Source of the DNA: Octopus bimaculoides
Taxonomy: Eukaryota
Direction: 5' to 3'
Length of the DNA: 48,112 nt
NCBI RefSeq assembly: GCF_001194135.2
Contig: NC_068986.1
Coordinates: forward strand, 26,573,821-26,621,932
Shown one piece after another: positions 1 through 11,211 of this stretch (the stretch's first letter is position 1; every line of letters begins with the position of its first letter). The notes under the pieces were generated by a model. It did no database searches. It was not told the origin of the DNA and saw only the letters and a program-made list of their open reading frames with translations. The translations under genes and the position numbers were made by a program.

Positions 1-41
<41 letters not shown>
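1..41. repeat. (AT)n microsatellite
   Basis: Uninterrupted AT dinucleotide run from the window start. Confidence 0.98.
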
Positions 42-45
<4 letters not shown>

Positions 46-376
46 AGCCGTTTTTAGTTAAGTATCATCACTAAGCCAGTCATAAACCTGTGACAGAAGT
101 AAGCACAACTGAGTTTGTGTCAAAGCAATTTCACGGTAAATTAGTTTATGCATTAGAAAGTTTCACGGTCTATTAAGATTATATTTAGGGGGAATATGGC
201 TTCACTCCTCAAGCGTGTACTAAAGGCTTTCACACAATGGACGAGGGGTTGTTTTATGATCTCCTGCTTTGTTTTCAATTTAGGCAGATATTAATCCGCC
301 ATGATGCGTCTTTATTCGATTGTAAAAGTGTCATTCGAAGAGGGATGCAAAAGCTTGCTAGTAGACAATACAATAT

Positions 377-660
377 TAGAAATAGCAGCCAAATCTCCCG
401 AATCAAAAGCAGTAAAGCTTTTATGTGTTCACTAAATAAGAAGTGTCTATTGGTCACTTGAATTGCTAAAAATAGCTGCCAAATCTCCCTCAAAATCATA
501 TAGTAGTGTCTCAAAAACGAAAAGATACATTGGATAATGTGATCGTAAATGTAATAATCTAAAATTAAGATGGGGTGGTCATAGCCGGAATGCCTTTGAT
601 TATATGTTTCCTCGATCAGGGCTGACAAGTGATTAAACACCATGAACAACAATAACAACC
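377..660 (+). mobile_element. Interspersed repeat family E (retroposon-type 3' part, AAC-rich end)
   Basis: Motifs ctagaaatagcagccaaatctccc and ggtcatagccggaatgcctttgat...ctcgatcagggctgac recur at 29220-29440 (-), 32255-32810 (+), about 9800-9860 (-) and about 15530-15575 (+). Confidence 0.7.
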
Positions 661-698
661 TCATCACCTTCAACAGTTAACAAAATAAACTTCTAGGT

Positions 699-931
699 AA
701 GTGTTTCTCAAATTTTTTTGTCCCACAACCCACTTTGATTAATAAAAAGAAATGCGCCCCATCTTAAACAGAGTTAGAATCTAGCCTGTATCTCATAGCA
801 GAAACAACTGTAAGCTAATGAAATTCATTGCATTAATTTCCTGTTCCTTTGCCTATTATTTGATTTCATATTATGCTTTGTACTCGACTAACGCTTTATT
901 CTGAAGTATATGTAGATAAGTTCTAACACCT

Positions 932-962
<31 letters not shown>

Positions 963-1565
963 TCTTTTTATCTTTTATTTCCTTGCTTGTTACAGTCTTT
1001 TGACGGCGGCCACGCTGGATCACTGCCTTAAGGGGTTTTAGTCGAACAAATCGGCTCCAGGACTTATTCTTTGTAAGTCTAGTACTTATTCTAACAACGT
1101 CTTTTGCCGAATCGCTAAGTTACGGGGACGTAAACACACCAACATCGGCTGTCAAGCGACGGCAGGGGGTGGGGGCGACAAACACAGACACAAAGACACA
1201 CACTCATAAGTATATATATATACACATACATGTGGGTGTGTGTGTGTGTGTGTGTGTGCGTGCGTGTATGTGTTTATACGACAGGCTTCTTTCAGTTTCC
1301 GTCTACCAAATCCACTCACAGCGCTTTGGTCGGCCCGAGGCTATTGTAGAAGACACTTGCCCAAGGTACCACGCAGTGGGACTGAACCCGAAACCATATG
1401 GTTGAGAAGCAAACTTCTCACCACACAGCCATGCCTATATGCGTATATTTCAACAAAGTTTTAATCAAAACTTTATGGCAAGTTCATCCACTTGTTAATG
1501 ATACTCCATTCTGAAATAATCCACACCACTCCAGTAGGGCGTGCGCCCCACCTTGAGAAGCACTG
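699..1565. mobile_element. hAT/Charlie-like MITE, interrupted by a SINE A copy
   Basis: Terminal inverted repeats agtgtttctcaa (700-711) and ttgagaagcactg (1553-1565), preceded by ttctaggt. SINE A lies at 962-1438. Confidence 0.5.
962..1438 (-). mobile_element. SINE family A (tRNA-like head, internal AT/GT microsatellite, stem-loop tail), full length
   Basis: A-box-like tggctgtgtggt and B-box-like ggttcagtccc. Colinear with copies at 5911, 7258, 33725 and 43143. Confidence 0.92.
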
Positions 1566-1577
1566 CTTGCTTTAGGT

Positions 1578-1841
1578 CAGTCTTTCTCAACCATTTTTAC
1601 CTAGGGACCCCTTTGATCCCTATTTTACTCAGGTGCACCCTCCTAGCCATTCGCTGTTAGAAAATCCTATCCTATTGTACTTCTATGATTAGATATCATT
1701 AGGAACTGTATTGTTCAAACACTTTATGTATTGTAGAAGTATAGCCAATTTATTGCAGGTAAATTTTGACAAAATTTTATATGGACCCAACCCACCCACC
1801 ATCCGCTAAGGGGCAATATGGATCCCGGTTGAGAACCACTG
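1578..1841. mobile_element. hAT/Charlie-like MITE
   Basis: 15-bp TIRs cagtctttctcaacc / ggttgagaaccactg (2 mismatches). Flanks ctttaggt / ccctcggt match at 5 of 8 and could be a decayed 8-bp TSD. Confidence 0.7.
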
Positions 1842-2674
1842 CCCTCGGTGGTCAATCGATTCGCTAGATAGATATAAGAGCACAGTATTGATTGCTCATC
1901 CACTTAAACCCCTTGGTTCAGGGTTGAGCCGAGAAATTAATTAGTCGTCCGAAGGTAATAAAACCTAGGAATATTAGCTATCCATTCTCTTCACCGCAAA
2001 CGTACAAAAGAAACTAAAAGTTCTTTTACACGTAGACATTATTGTTGAGTAGAAAAATGTTCCTGCTCTTTAAACTCACGTCTCTCTTATATGCGTCATT
2101 TATCTGTGCTGTCACCGAAGCAAAGCTTGGTTTTTTTTTCTATATAATCAGTCAGCTAATCATGGAAATAAATTGTCAGTCTGTTTAAGTTAGTAATTCG
2201 TATCATTCTATAAACTATGTGCCGTAACTTGGGTTACATGTTAAACTCTCCTCTAGCGTCAATACATGTCATGAGTTTTAGCTATTCGTGGTATACTGGG
2301 AATAACGGCAAGAAGATCGATAACCAGGTATCGATTATTATAGTTTACCGTTTGGAGTTTGGATCTTAATTACATGAAGTTGGTTTTAAGAATAGAAGCT
2401 CCAGTGATGCCCGATTAAATCAGATGCCTTAAAAAAAATTTGGTACAAGTCCAGCAGTTTTAGGGGCGAGGACTAGTCGATCATATCAATTGGCTTTAGT
2501 GAAATTTGAACTCAGAGTGTAAAGAGCTGGTAAAGATTATTAAGTTCTGTTACCATAGCAACATTCCCGGTACTTTTTCATCTGATCTCGTACAAACGAA
2601 CAAATTCCATCTCTTAAACCACTTAGTACATTTACTTCATCCTGCTGTTACGACGACAAAATATTTAGCATTTT

Positions 2675-2796
2675 GTCCTTTGCCTTTTCATCTTTCGGGG
2701 TTGATAAAATAAGTACCAGCCGAGCAATGGGGTCGATGCAATCGACAAGCCTCTTCTCCAAGATTCCAAGCCTTGTGCCAAAAGTAGAAAGAATTA
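2675..2796 (+). mobile_element. SINE family B, 3' fragment
   Basis: Contains the family B core tttgccttttcatctttcggggttgataaaataagtaccag and ends in agaaagaatta. Confidence 0.8.
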
Positions 2797-2812
2797 TTTA
2801 GTTAAACATAAA

Positions 2813-3019
2813 GGCGGTGAGTTAGCAGAATTGTTAGCACTCCATATAAAATGCTTAGCGGCATTTCCTCCGGCTTTTTACGTTCTACCGAAGTCGAGTT
2901 TGCCTTCCGATCCCTTCGGCCTCGATGAAATAAGTACCAGTTGAGCACGAGGGTCAATGTAATCGTGTAGCACCTTCCCAACAAAATTTTAGGCCTTGTA
3001 CCTATAGCTGAAAGAATTA
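2813..3019 (+). mobile_element. SINE family B, near full length
   Basis: Head ggcggtgagttagcagaattgttagcac, family B core and gaaagaatta tail. Confidence 0.88.
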
Positions 3020-3730
3020 GTTAAGTATGCTATCACGGCATGAGGTCTGTTTTATTTAGTAAAGATAATTATTCTCGATAGATAACTAATTATTTATCTA
3101 CGCTATTGTATGTTAGAGTACAATAGCTAAGATACATTATAAATACCAAACCTTACTACCTGGAATAAACAGAACAATCTACTGGTGATAAAAAGCCATA
3201 GACATCCAGGTGTACTGTATAGTCTTGCTATGAAAATATCAGGTAAAGAATTATAATAAATATTTTAAATTGCTTTCGTTTTAGTCAGTGGCAATAAACA
3301 TACCTCACAACATGAATCTTTATAGACTTTGAAAATAATCCCAAACTTAAAAACACGTCAACAATTGAAATATTTAAATAAGTAAATACATAAACAAACA
3401 AATAAATAAAACAATGAAATCTCGCAAAAAAAAATAATAATAATTAACCAAGTCTCTTGGCTTTAATTATTCAGGACACAATGTGAACACAGAAGCTATA
3501 AATCACACACACACCCTACCTTTTAACACGAATCGTTTTATTTTACTTTTAAGTATACCACAAAAGAAACAAATTAGCATAGACTAGAGAGATAGTGAAA
3601 CATATCAGATCACAGTTATGGGAACTTAGAGGGAACAGAAAGATTATTTGCAAGGTGCTGGGTGGATTTCTTAAAAGGATTCAGATTAAAACAACGTCAA
3701 AAAGAAAATTAATTTAAAGATTAATGCTAA

Positions 3731-3931
3731 GACGGCGAAATGGCGGAATCGTTAGCACGTCGGATAAAACGCTTAGCGGCATTTCTTCCGGCTCTTTTTT
3801 ACATTCTGACCTCAAATCCTGCTGGTCAACTTTGCCTTTCATCCCTTCGGGGTCGATAAAATAAAGTACTAGTCAAGTAATGGGTTCAGTGAAATCGACT
3901 TGTGCCCCTCCCTTCAAAATTGCTGGCCTTG
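3731..3931 (+). mobile_element. SINE family B
   Basis: Head gacggcgaaatggcggaatcgttagcac and core aactttgcctttcatcccttcggggtcgataaaata. Confidence 0.88.
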
Positions 3932-3932
3932 A

Positions 3933-4025
3933 AGCCTGCAATGGACAGGCGTTCCGTTCGGAGGGAATGTTATCAGGTCGGCCACTTAGGAAACTGGAAA
4001 ACCGACCAACTGAGGCCTAGGGCTC
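3933..4025 (+). mobile_element. SINE 3' module with V-domain-like motif and (AAT)n tail
   Basis: cctgcaatggacaggcgttccgttc...ggaaactggaaaaccgacc resembles 44886-44987 and 4764-4860. The V-domain resemblance is from memory. Confidence 0.55.
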
Positions 4026-4059
4026 AATAATAATAATAATAATAACAACAACAACAACA

Positions 4060-4163
4060 ACAAGAGTACTCAGAGAGCGCAAACCTCCGCCAAGGCAACA
4101 CCAACGTCCTCTCGATGATTAACCGGAGATGATTTTTTAAATGAGAATATCTGAAATAAACTC
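4060..4163 (-). mobile_element. 3' end fragment of the HINE/Helentron-like element
   Basis: Reverse complement matches 37190-37297 closely (gagagcgcaaacctccgccaagg...ctgaaataaactc). Confidence 0.85.
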
Positions 4164-4166
4164 AAC

Positions 4167-4292
4167 TTATCGACCCCAAAAGGATGAAAAGTAGAGTCGG
4201 CTCCGATAGAAGTTGAACTCAGAACGTAAAGCGGGACGAAAGGTCGCTAAGAATTTTGTCCGGCGTGCCAACGATTCTGTCAGCTTGCCGCA
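4167..4292 (-). mobile_element. SINE family B, 5' half
   Basis: ttatcgaccccaaaaggatgaaaag...gaactcagaacgtaaag...ctgtcagcttgccgc. Confidence 0.8.
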
Positions 4293-4462
4293 TTAAGAAT
4301 AAAAATAATAAGAAAACATTAACAGTAAGATTTTTAAGAATCCTTTCTAAACAAGTGGTTCCAGGCGATACGTAGTTCTAAATACATTTTTTAAAAAATC
4401 ATTTCCCACCACAGTTTCTTTTTTTTTTTTCCTTTCTTTCCATTTTTTTGTTTTCGCTTTCG

Positions 4463-4497
<35 letters not shown>

Positions 4498-4562
4498 AAC
4501 GTCAGAGAAATACTAATTCAAGAAATAGCATGAAATCAACTCAAAGTCTTTAACCAAGTCCT

Positions 4563-4650
4563 TTCAGGTTCCGTCCCGCTACATGTCACCTTGGGCAAGT
4601 GTCTTCTACTATAATCTTGGACCGAACAATGACTCGTGAGTGAATTTCGG
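4563..4650 (+). mobile_element. SINE family A head fragment
   Basis: ggttccgtcccgctacatgtcaccttgggcaagtgtcttctactata. Confidence 0.75.
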
Positions 4651-4882
4651 ACTGGGTAGCGCATTGTATTATTAAGCAAAGCAAGGCACTCTATTTCACA
4701 CTGCTTCAGTCAATTCGGCAGAACAGAAGTACCATCGACAGATGAGGTACGGTGGGGGTTTGACCTTGCAACGGACTGACTCCCGTTCAGAAGAGAGTCT
4801 TGTCAGTTAAACATCGTGGAAACCGATGTAAGCTCCAGCCTAATGTGTCTGGAGGCTTAACAACAACAATGACAACCACAAC
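4651..4882 (+). mobile_element. SINE family D variant (CORE-like plus V-like module, AAC tail), headless
   Basis: gcaaggcactctatttcacactgcttcagtc matches the family D core. It is followed by ccttgcaacggactgactcccgttcag and gaaaccgatgtaagctccagcc. Confidence 0.6.
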
Positions 4883-4948
4883 AATATTCTTTCTAATTTT
4901 GGTACAAGGCCAGCAATTTTATGTATATATGTACATACATACATACAT

Positions 4949-5329
4949 TGGTTGGCACTCCGTCGGTTACGACGACGAGGGTTCCAGTTGATCCGATCAA
5001 CGGAACAGCCTGCTCGTGAAATTAACGTGCAAGTGGCTGAGCACTCCACAGACACGTGTACCCTTAATGTAGTTCTCGGGGATATTCAGCGTGACACAGT
5101 GTGACAAGGCTGGCCCTTTGAAATACAGGTACAACAGAAATAGGAAGTAAGAGTGAGAGAAAGTTGTGGTGAAAGAGTACAGCAGGGTTCGCCACCATCC
5201 CTTGCCGGAGCTTCGTGGGGTTTTAGGTGTTTTTGCTCAATAAACACTCACGATGCCCGGTCTGGGAATCGAAATCGCGATCCTACGACCGCGAGTCCGA
5301 TGCCCTAACCACTGGGCCATTGCGCCTCC
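4949..5329 (-). mobile_element. SINE family C, full length
   Basis: Head ggaggcgcaatggcccagtggttaggg with B-box-like tttcgattccc. Colinear with 26796-27179. Confidence 0.95.
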
Positions 5330-5537
5330 ACACATACATACATACTTACATGCACATATGCATACATTCGATGTGATGAGGATATCATTTCTTTGATCCC
5401 GGAGTCTCCAGATGAATGGGATCAAGGAGACACAGCAAATATTGCCAAAGCTCGCTGTGTTCACCAACAGAAAAAACAAAACAACCAACCACTTCAAACC
5501 ATCGTCCACTTACACCTCTAGAAACTCCACATCCAAA

Positions 5538-5596
5538 TGCAAGGGCAATAATAGCACGATGGACAACTTTCTCATTGTGCTATTATTACCCTTGCA
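5538..5596. other. 59-nt hairpin (24-bp arms, 11-nt loop)
   Basis: tgcaagggcaataatagcacgatg (5538-5561) versus the reverse complement of 5573-5596 shows 22 of 24 identity. Confidence 0.9.
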
Positions 5597-5910
5597 CCAA
5601 GCACCAGCACTACATTGCAAAGAGCGACAAAATGAGTTACCCAAAATACTAAGTAGCCTAACACTACTAGATTGTTCATCTTGCCACGTGGAACAGCAGC
5701 AGCAGAAAAACATATCCATCTGCTGTTACAGACCAGTCAGCATCTGCGCGTGGTAGATGTTCGCTCTATCACGTAAAAGAGCAAGCTAGAACAACTGCTG
5801 TCATTAACATATCAACGGCAACTGAACTGAACCAATGGAGATTATTCCAATTATTCTAACTTGGAAGCCATATTTTGTCTCCTTCCCACTTCTATAATAA
5901 GTGTTCAGTT

Positions 5911-6309
5911 GTGCAGGCGGCTGTGTGGTAAGTAGCTTGCTTACCAACCACATGGTTCTGGGTTCAGTCCCACTGCGTGGCACTTTGGGCAAGTGTCTTC
6001 TACTATAGCCTCTGGCCGACCAAAGCCTTATGAGTGGATTTGGTAGACGGAAACTGAAAGAAGCCCGTCGTATATATGTATATATATATGTATATGTGTG
6101 TATATGCTTGTGTGTCTATGTTTGTCCCCCCAACATCGCTTGACAACTGATGCAAGTGTGTTTACATCTCCGTAACTTAGCGGTTCGGCAAAACAGACCG
6201 ATAGAATAAGTACTAGGCTTACAAAGAATAAGTCCTGGGGTCGATTTGCTCGACTAAAGGCGGTGCTCCAGCATGGCCGCAGTCAAATGACTGAAACAAA
6301 AATAAGAGA

Positions 6310-6310
<1 letters not shown>
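5911..6310 (+). mobile_element. SINE family A, full length
   Basis: Complete head, internal microsatellite and tail with a cagtc-aaat-gactg stem-loop. Confidence 0.95.
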
Positions 6311-6348
<38 letters not shown>

Positions 6349-6639
6349 CTTGGGGGTATGTATAATACACACACACAAACACATGCATAATTTTTGAAGT
6401 GGAAAATATATCAGTCGCTATTCGAAGCACCAGAGTAACATCTAAATTCATTTACATTCAAAAGTAAAATTCATATACATCTATTTCCGTGGGCGGGGTG
6501 GGAGTACGTTGCACACCCATTTTTTGAGGGCATATTTTTTTGCTTGTGCGTGAAGATTACAAATATAGTAGATCATATTAAACATTTATTAATTCTAATT
6601 TAAGACATAAAAGAGAACAGGCCGTCCTCTACACACACA

Positions 6640-6659
6640 CACATACGCATGTATGTATG

Positions 6660-6693
<34 letters not shown>

Positions 6694-6720
6694 TGTATGA
6701 ATGTATGTATGTGTGTGTGT
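6640..6720. repeat. (TATG)n/(GT)n microsatellite
   Basis: Direct reading. Confidence 0.9.
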
Positions 6721-6980
6721 GGGGGGGGTATGTCTTGTTTATTAACAAGCCGGCAGGTGTTAGTCATTTAAGCACCGCAGAGTAACACGCTAGTTAGTAG
6801 AACAGGTTAACACTATATTCTGTGCGTAAAACACGATTAATTATTTAACAAAGCGAAACATTAATTATGTTTAATACGTAACAACCGACAATATTTCTGT
6901 CTGTCTGTCTGTCTCTTTTTTTTATTTTATTTACTTTTGCTGAATAATGAGAGAAATTATATAATGTGTCCAAACAAGAT

Positions 6981-7095
6981 GCCGGCATGGTTAAGAAGCC
7001 CGCTTTGTAACCTCATGGTTTTAGGTTCAATACCACTACTCGGCATTTTGGGCGAGTGTCTACTATAGCACCGGAAACTGTATAGAAGCTCATTG
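6981..7095 (+). mobile_element. SINE family A head, truncated at a microsatellite
   Basis: ggcatggttaagaagcccgctttgtaacctcatggttttaggttcaatacc...gggcgagtgtctactatagc. Confidence 0.7.
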
Positions 7096-7097
7096 TG

Positions 7098-7625
<528 letters not shown>

Positions 7626-7692
7626 NNNNNNNNNNGTGAAGCAAATTTTTTACCACACAGCCACGCCTGCGCCTATAGTAAGCTTCTTACCA

Positions 7693-7729
<37 letters not shown>

Positions 7730-7733
<4 letters not shown>

Positions 7734-7935
7734 CCACCACCGCCACCACCACCACTACCTCTTGATAACCAATTATATCTGTTTACATCTCAGTAGCTTA
7801 GCAGTTCGACAAAACAGACCAGTAGTATAAGTACAAGACTTCAACAACAAATTAGTACTGGTAGCGATTTGTTCGAATATAAGACCTTCGTGGCGGTGCC
7901 CCAGCATGACCGTAGTCCAGTGATCGAAAAAATGT
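7730..7935 (+). mobile_element. SINE family A, 3' half
   Basis: tgtttacatctcagtagcttagcagttcgacaaaacagacc...ggcggtgccccagcatgaccgtagtc. Confidence 0.8.
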
Positions 7936-8854
7936 TTTTTTTTTAAATTTTTAAAATACAAGTATATGAAGGTTTGGAAGGGATAACATTTAGATGCATC
8001 ATTATGGGAATATGAACCGTTCGTTATCGGACACCGGCGCCAGTGATCTTTACTCCTCGGAGCCTGTCACTCCCTTTTCACACCTATCTCCTATAAAAGT
8101 TTAATCTTCATTAAAGGCTGTAATCAGTTCGTACGAGTATCTGACACAGGCTCTGGCAACTTCAGACCTGAATACACGTTGATACATAGTTTGAGTACAT
8201 AATTCCTTTGATTTCAGGTTAATGCAACGTCAAACACAACTTAGTCTTATCTTGGCTTTTAATAATATATCCATCTGCAAGTTTGTAAAGGGGTTGAATG
8301 CTGGTACATATGTTCGTATCTAGGCGACGTTAAAATAATCGAGGTTGTGCTAAGACATTCTTAACTCACCCTACGGTTGTCAACGACAACGAAATATTTT
8401 ACTGCAGGTGAATTAACTTAAGTTCGGGAATTACTCGTACAATAGTTGTCATCAATTCGTGGAATATAGAGAAATATCGCAACACATAAATAAATAAATA
8501 AATAAATGAATAAAAATTAAAATCAACAAGACCAAAGTCACACAAGTTTTGAATAGTATTTTTTCCAAAAATAAATTACTGTGCGTGAAAAGGAAATGTA
8601 CTTGAGTTCCTGAAAATATGACCCGAATATATTATCCCATCAGACGGTTATGCCTATGTGGGTTTTGTTGTTACACGTATCACATTCTTAATGACTCGAT
8701 TGCGGCGAGTTTTATCATGCATTGGGTCATAGGTACTCAAACCAAGTCCTTCTATAACACGAAGGAAAAATCAAGTACAGCACACGAACGAAACACTCCA
8801 CTGTTTTAGAAAACTGATCTTTCTTATCACACACACACACACACACACACGTTG

Positions 8855-9150
8855 ACTCTCACACAAAACACGTTATCACAACTCGACTTCATTGAACACT
8901 TCCTCTCTTTCTGTATTATGTTCACAATAGAGATCGAACACACAATACGGCAAGCCGTCAAAGCACTCGTCAGCTTCACAGTGCTCCTACTGCCAACGAG
9001 TATATTCTCAAGTAGTACATCTACTAATGGATTGGAACTATCGAGAATTAAGTATCTAGGCCATGAAGACAACACAAGCAACAAGGTAGCTGCTACCATC
9101 CCTATTGTCCTCTCTATTCGTTCACACATAACTACCCACTTCCCACAAAA
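8855..9150 (+). mobile_element. Highly degenerate Penelope-like RT C-terminal remnant
   Basis: Fragments LDFIEHFLSFCIMFTIEIE, KPSKHS...YSQ...LM and IPIVLSI appear in the order of the Penelope motifs FI.f.NsfHp.lkFT.E, KPT...YSQ and IPLvLtFHP. Stops and frameshifts are present. Confidence 0.45.
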
Positions 9151-9186
9151 TTTCAGGTTCTGTGACTACTGTAGAAAGAATTATAG

Positions 9187-9370
9187 GGCGGCGATCTGGT
9201 GGAATCGTTACCGTGCCGGACAAAACACTCAGTAGCATTTCTTCCGGTTTTACATTGAGCTACCGAGGCCGACTTTGCCTTTCATCCTTGAGGAGGTCTC
9301 CATGAAACAAGTACCAGTAATCGACAAGCTGCTCCCTACACAACTTCACACCTTTTTGGCTTTAATGCTT
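9187..9370 (+). mobile_element. SINE family B, internally deleted
   Basis: ggcggcgatctggtggaatcgttacc...ccgactttgcctttcatcctt. Confidence 0.8.
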
Positions 9371-9451
9371 GCTGGCCACTTATATTATAGTTATTATTAT
9401 TTATTAATAATAATTATATCTTTATTCATATATATATATATGTGTGTGCGT

Positions 9452-9498
<47 letters not shown>

Positions 9499-9544
9499 CG
9501 TGCGTGTGTGTGTATACGTGAGTGCGTGTATGTGTGTATCTTAG

Positions 9545-9760
9545 TGTCTGTCCCCACCTCCGCTTGACAACCGCTGTTGGTGTGTTTACGTACCCGCAAC
9601 TTAGCGGTCCCGCAAAACAGTCCGATAGAATAAGTACTAATTTTGAAAAAAAGTAAGTACAGGAGTCGATTCTTTCGACTAAAAAAATTCTTCAATGCAG
9701 TGCCCCAAACAGGACCGCATTCTAATAACTGAAACAAGTAAAAGATAAGGGATAAAAGAT
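9545..9760 (+). mobile_element. SINE family A, 3' half
   Basis: Begins at a (GT)n tract and ends gaaacaagtaaaagataag. Confidence 0.85.
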
Positions 9761-9982
9761 ATCAGAGACAACTTCATCCGATGTTCCCTTATTTTAGAAG
9801 ATAAGGTATGATCTGAAAGAGATTTGGTCTGTATTTCTAGCGTATTGAGCAACAGAACAAAAGAAGCATGAGCAATCTTATACGAGACATAGCTTATCAG
9901 TAGGCTGGCCGCACTACTAAAAACAAATTCAAAGCACATTATTTACATTCGACGGATATTTGTCCTCATCTTGTTTGTTGTT

Positions 9983-10028
9983 AACACAACGTTTCGGCTG
10001 ATATACCCTCCAGCCTTCATCAGGTGTC
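9983..10028 (-). ncRNA. Minimal type I hammerhead ribozyme motif (Penelope type)
   Basis: The - strand reads gacac-CTGATGA-a-ggctg(gagggtatat)cagcc-GAAA-c-GTT-gtgtt. Stem I is gacac/gtgtt, stem II is ggctg/cagcc, and stem III is the AACGTT palindrome. Confidence 0.75.
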
Positions 10029-10076
10029 TTGGGGGAAATTTCGAACCTGGGTTCTCATTCCTAAGGTATTTTTCGA

Positions 10077-10126
<50 letters not shown>

Positions 10127-10407
10127 GTGTTCAGGTCACTGCTTGGAATCGAACTTGGAATCTTGGGGTTNNNNNNNNNNNNNNNNNNNNNNNNNNNNNN
10201 NNNNNNNNNNNNNNNNNNNNNNNNNNNNNNNNNNNNNNNNNNNNNNNNNNNNNNNNNNNNNNNNNNNNNNNNNNNNNNNNNNNNNNNNNNNNNNNNNNNN
10301 NNNNNNNNNNNNNNNNNNNNNNNNNNNNNNNNNNNNNNNNNNNNNNNNNNNNNNNNNNNNNNNNNNNNNNNNNNNNNNNNNNNNNNNNNNNNNNNNNNNN
10401 NNNNNNN

Positions 10408-10448
<41 letters not shown>

Positions 10449-10509
10449 CAATAATAATAACATCGAAAAATACCTTAGGAATGAGAACCCAGGTTCGAAA
10501 TTTCCCCAA

Positions 10510-10555
10510 GACACCTGAAGAAGGCTGGAGGGTATATCAGCCGAAACGTTGTGTT
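10510..10555 (+). ncRNA. Minimal type I hammerhead ribozyme motif (Penelope type)
   Basis: gacac-CTGAAGA-a-ggctg(gagggtatat)cagcc-GAAA-c-GTT-gtgtt. Confidence 0.75.
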
Positions 10556-11087
10556 AACAACAAACAAGATGAGGACAAATATCCGTCGAATGTAAATAAT
10601 GTAAATAATGTACAGAATTCCTCATCTGTTAAATATAGAACTGAAATTCAAAGCAATTTTTCGTTAGGTGTACCATTCAAAAACTCCCACGGGCCGCAGT
10701 TAGCCCATAACTGGTGTAAAAGCTCCTTCGTTGCTTCGTAAAATAGAGAGTTTGACGAGGTGCCGCAATAGGCAGCGTACCAATTTCATAGTTCCTTTCA
10801 CACGTACAACGATATTAATTGTTGTATAAACTATTGTTCATTAACTCAAAAGATGTTTCGTGGGTTGTTTTCGCTTTCTTCGTTCTTTTTTTTGTTTGTT
10901 TATCTATTTTGTTTATTTAAGTTTTTCTATTGTTTTCGTAAATGCGTGTTCTTAATAGGATAAAGGTCAAGATGTTTGATTCCATCGATAGGAAAATTAC
11001 CCAGCCACGAAATGCGAGGATTTTCGATCTACTATTGAACACGATACGATATATGGATAGAATGTCAGGTACAGAGTATACCCACTT

Positions 11088-11129
11088 CTCCTCCTCCTCC
11101 TCCTCATCATCATCATCGTCATGATGATG

Positions 11130-11192
<63 letters not shown>

Positions 11193-11211
11193 GCTGCTGC
11201 TGCTGCTGCTG
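11088..11211. repeat. Compound trinucleotide tract (CTC)(ATC)(ATG)(ATT)(GCT)
   Basis: Direct reading. Confidence 0.95.

Larger units (their letters stand above)
9937..10643. mobile_element. Non-autonomous inverted retroelement (B-box head, (AAT)n, hammerhead tail) with 12-bp TSD
   Basis: Inverted arms 9936-10125 and 10409-10602. Direct repeat aaattcaaagca at 9925-9936 and 10644-10655. B-box-like GTTCGATTC on the - strand near 10143-10155. N gap at 10171-10407. Confidence 0.8.
9863..10713 (+). mobile_element. hAT-like MITE split by the 9937-10643 insertion (halves 9863-9936 and 10644-10713)
   Basis: The joined halves align with the uninterrupted copy at 37862-38033: gagacatagcttatcagtaggctggccgcactactaaaa versus gagatatgactcatcaccaggcagaccatactactaaaa, then atttttcgttaggtgtaccattc...gggccgcagttagcccataactg. 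Confidence 0.65.

Noticed and set aside
5412-5756. 114-aa ORF without repeats
   Set aside because: No recognisable domain. The mirrored ORF on the opposite strand is explained by the 5538-5596 palindrome.
8370-8401. Possible 32-nt exon on the - strand (KYFVVVDNRR) with GTGAGT donor, and nearby open frames at 8109-8169
   Set aside because: The phases of the candidate exons do not join into an open frame, and the peptides resemble no family I recognise.
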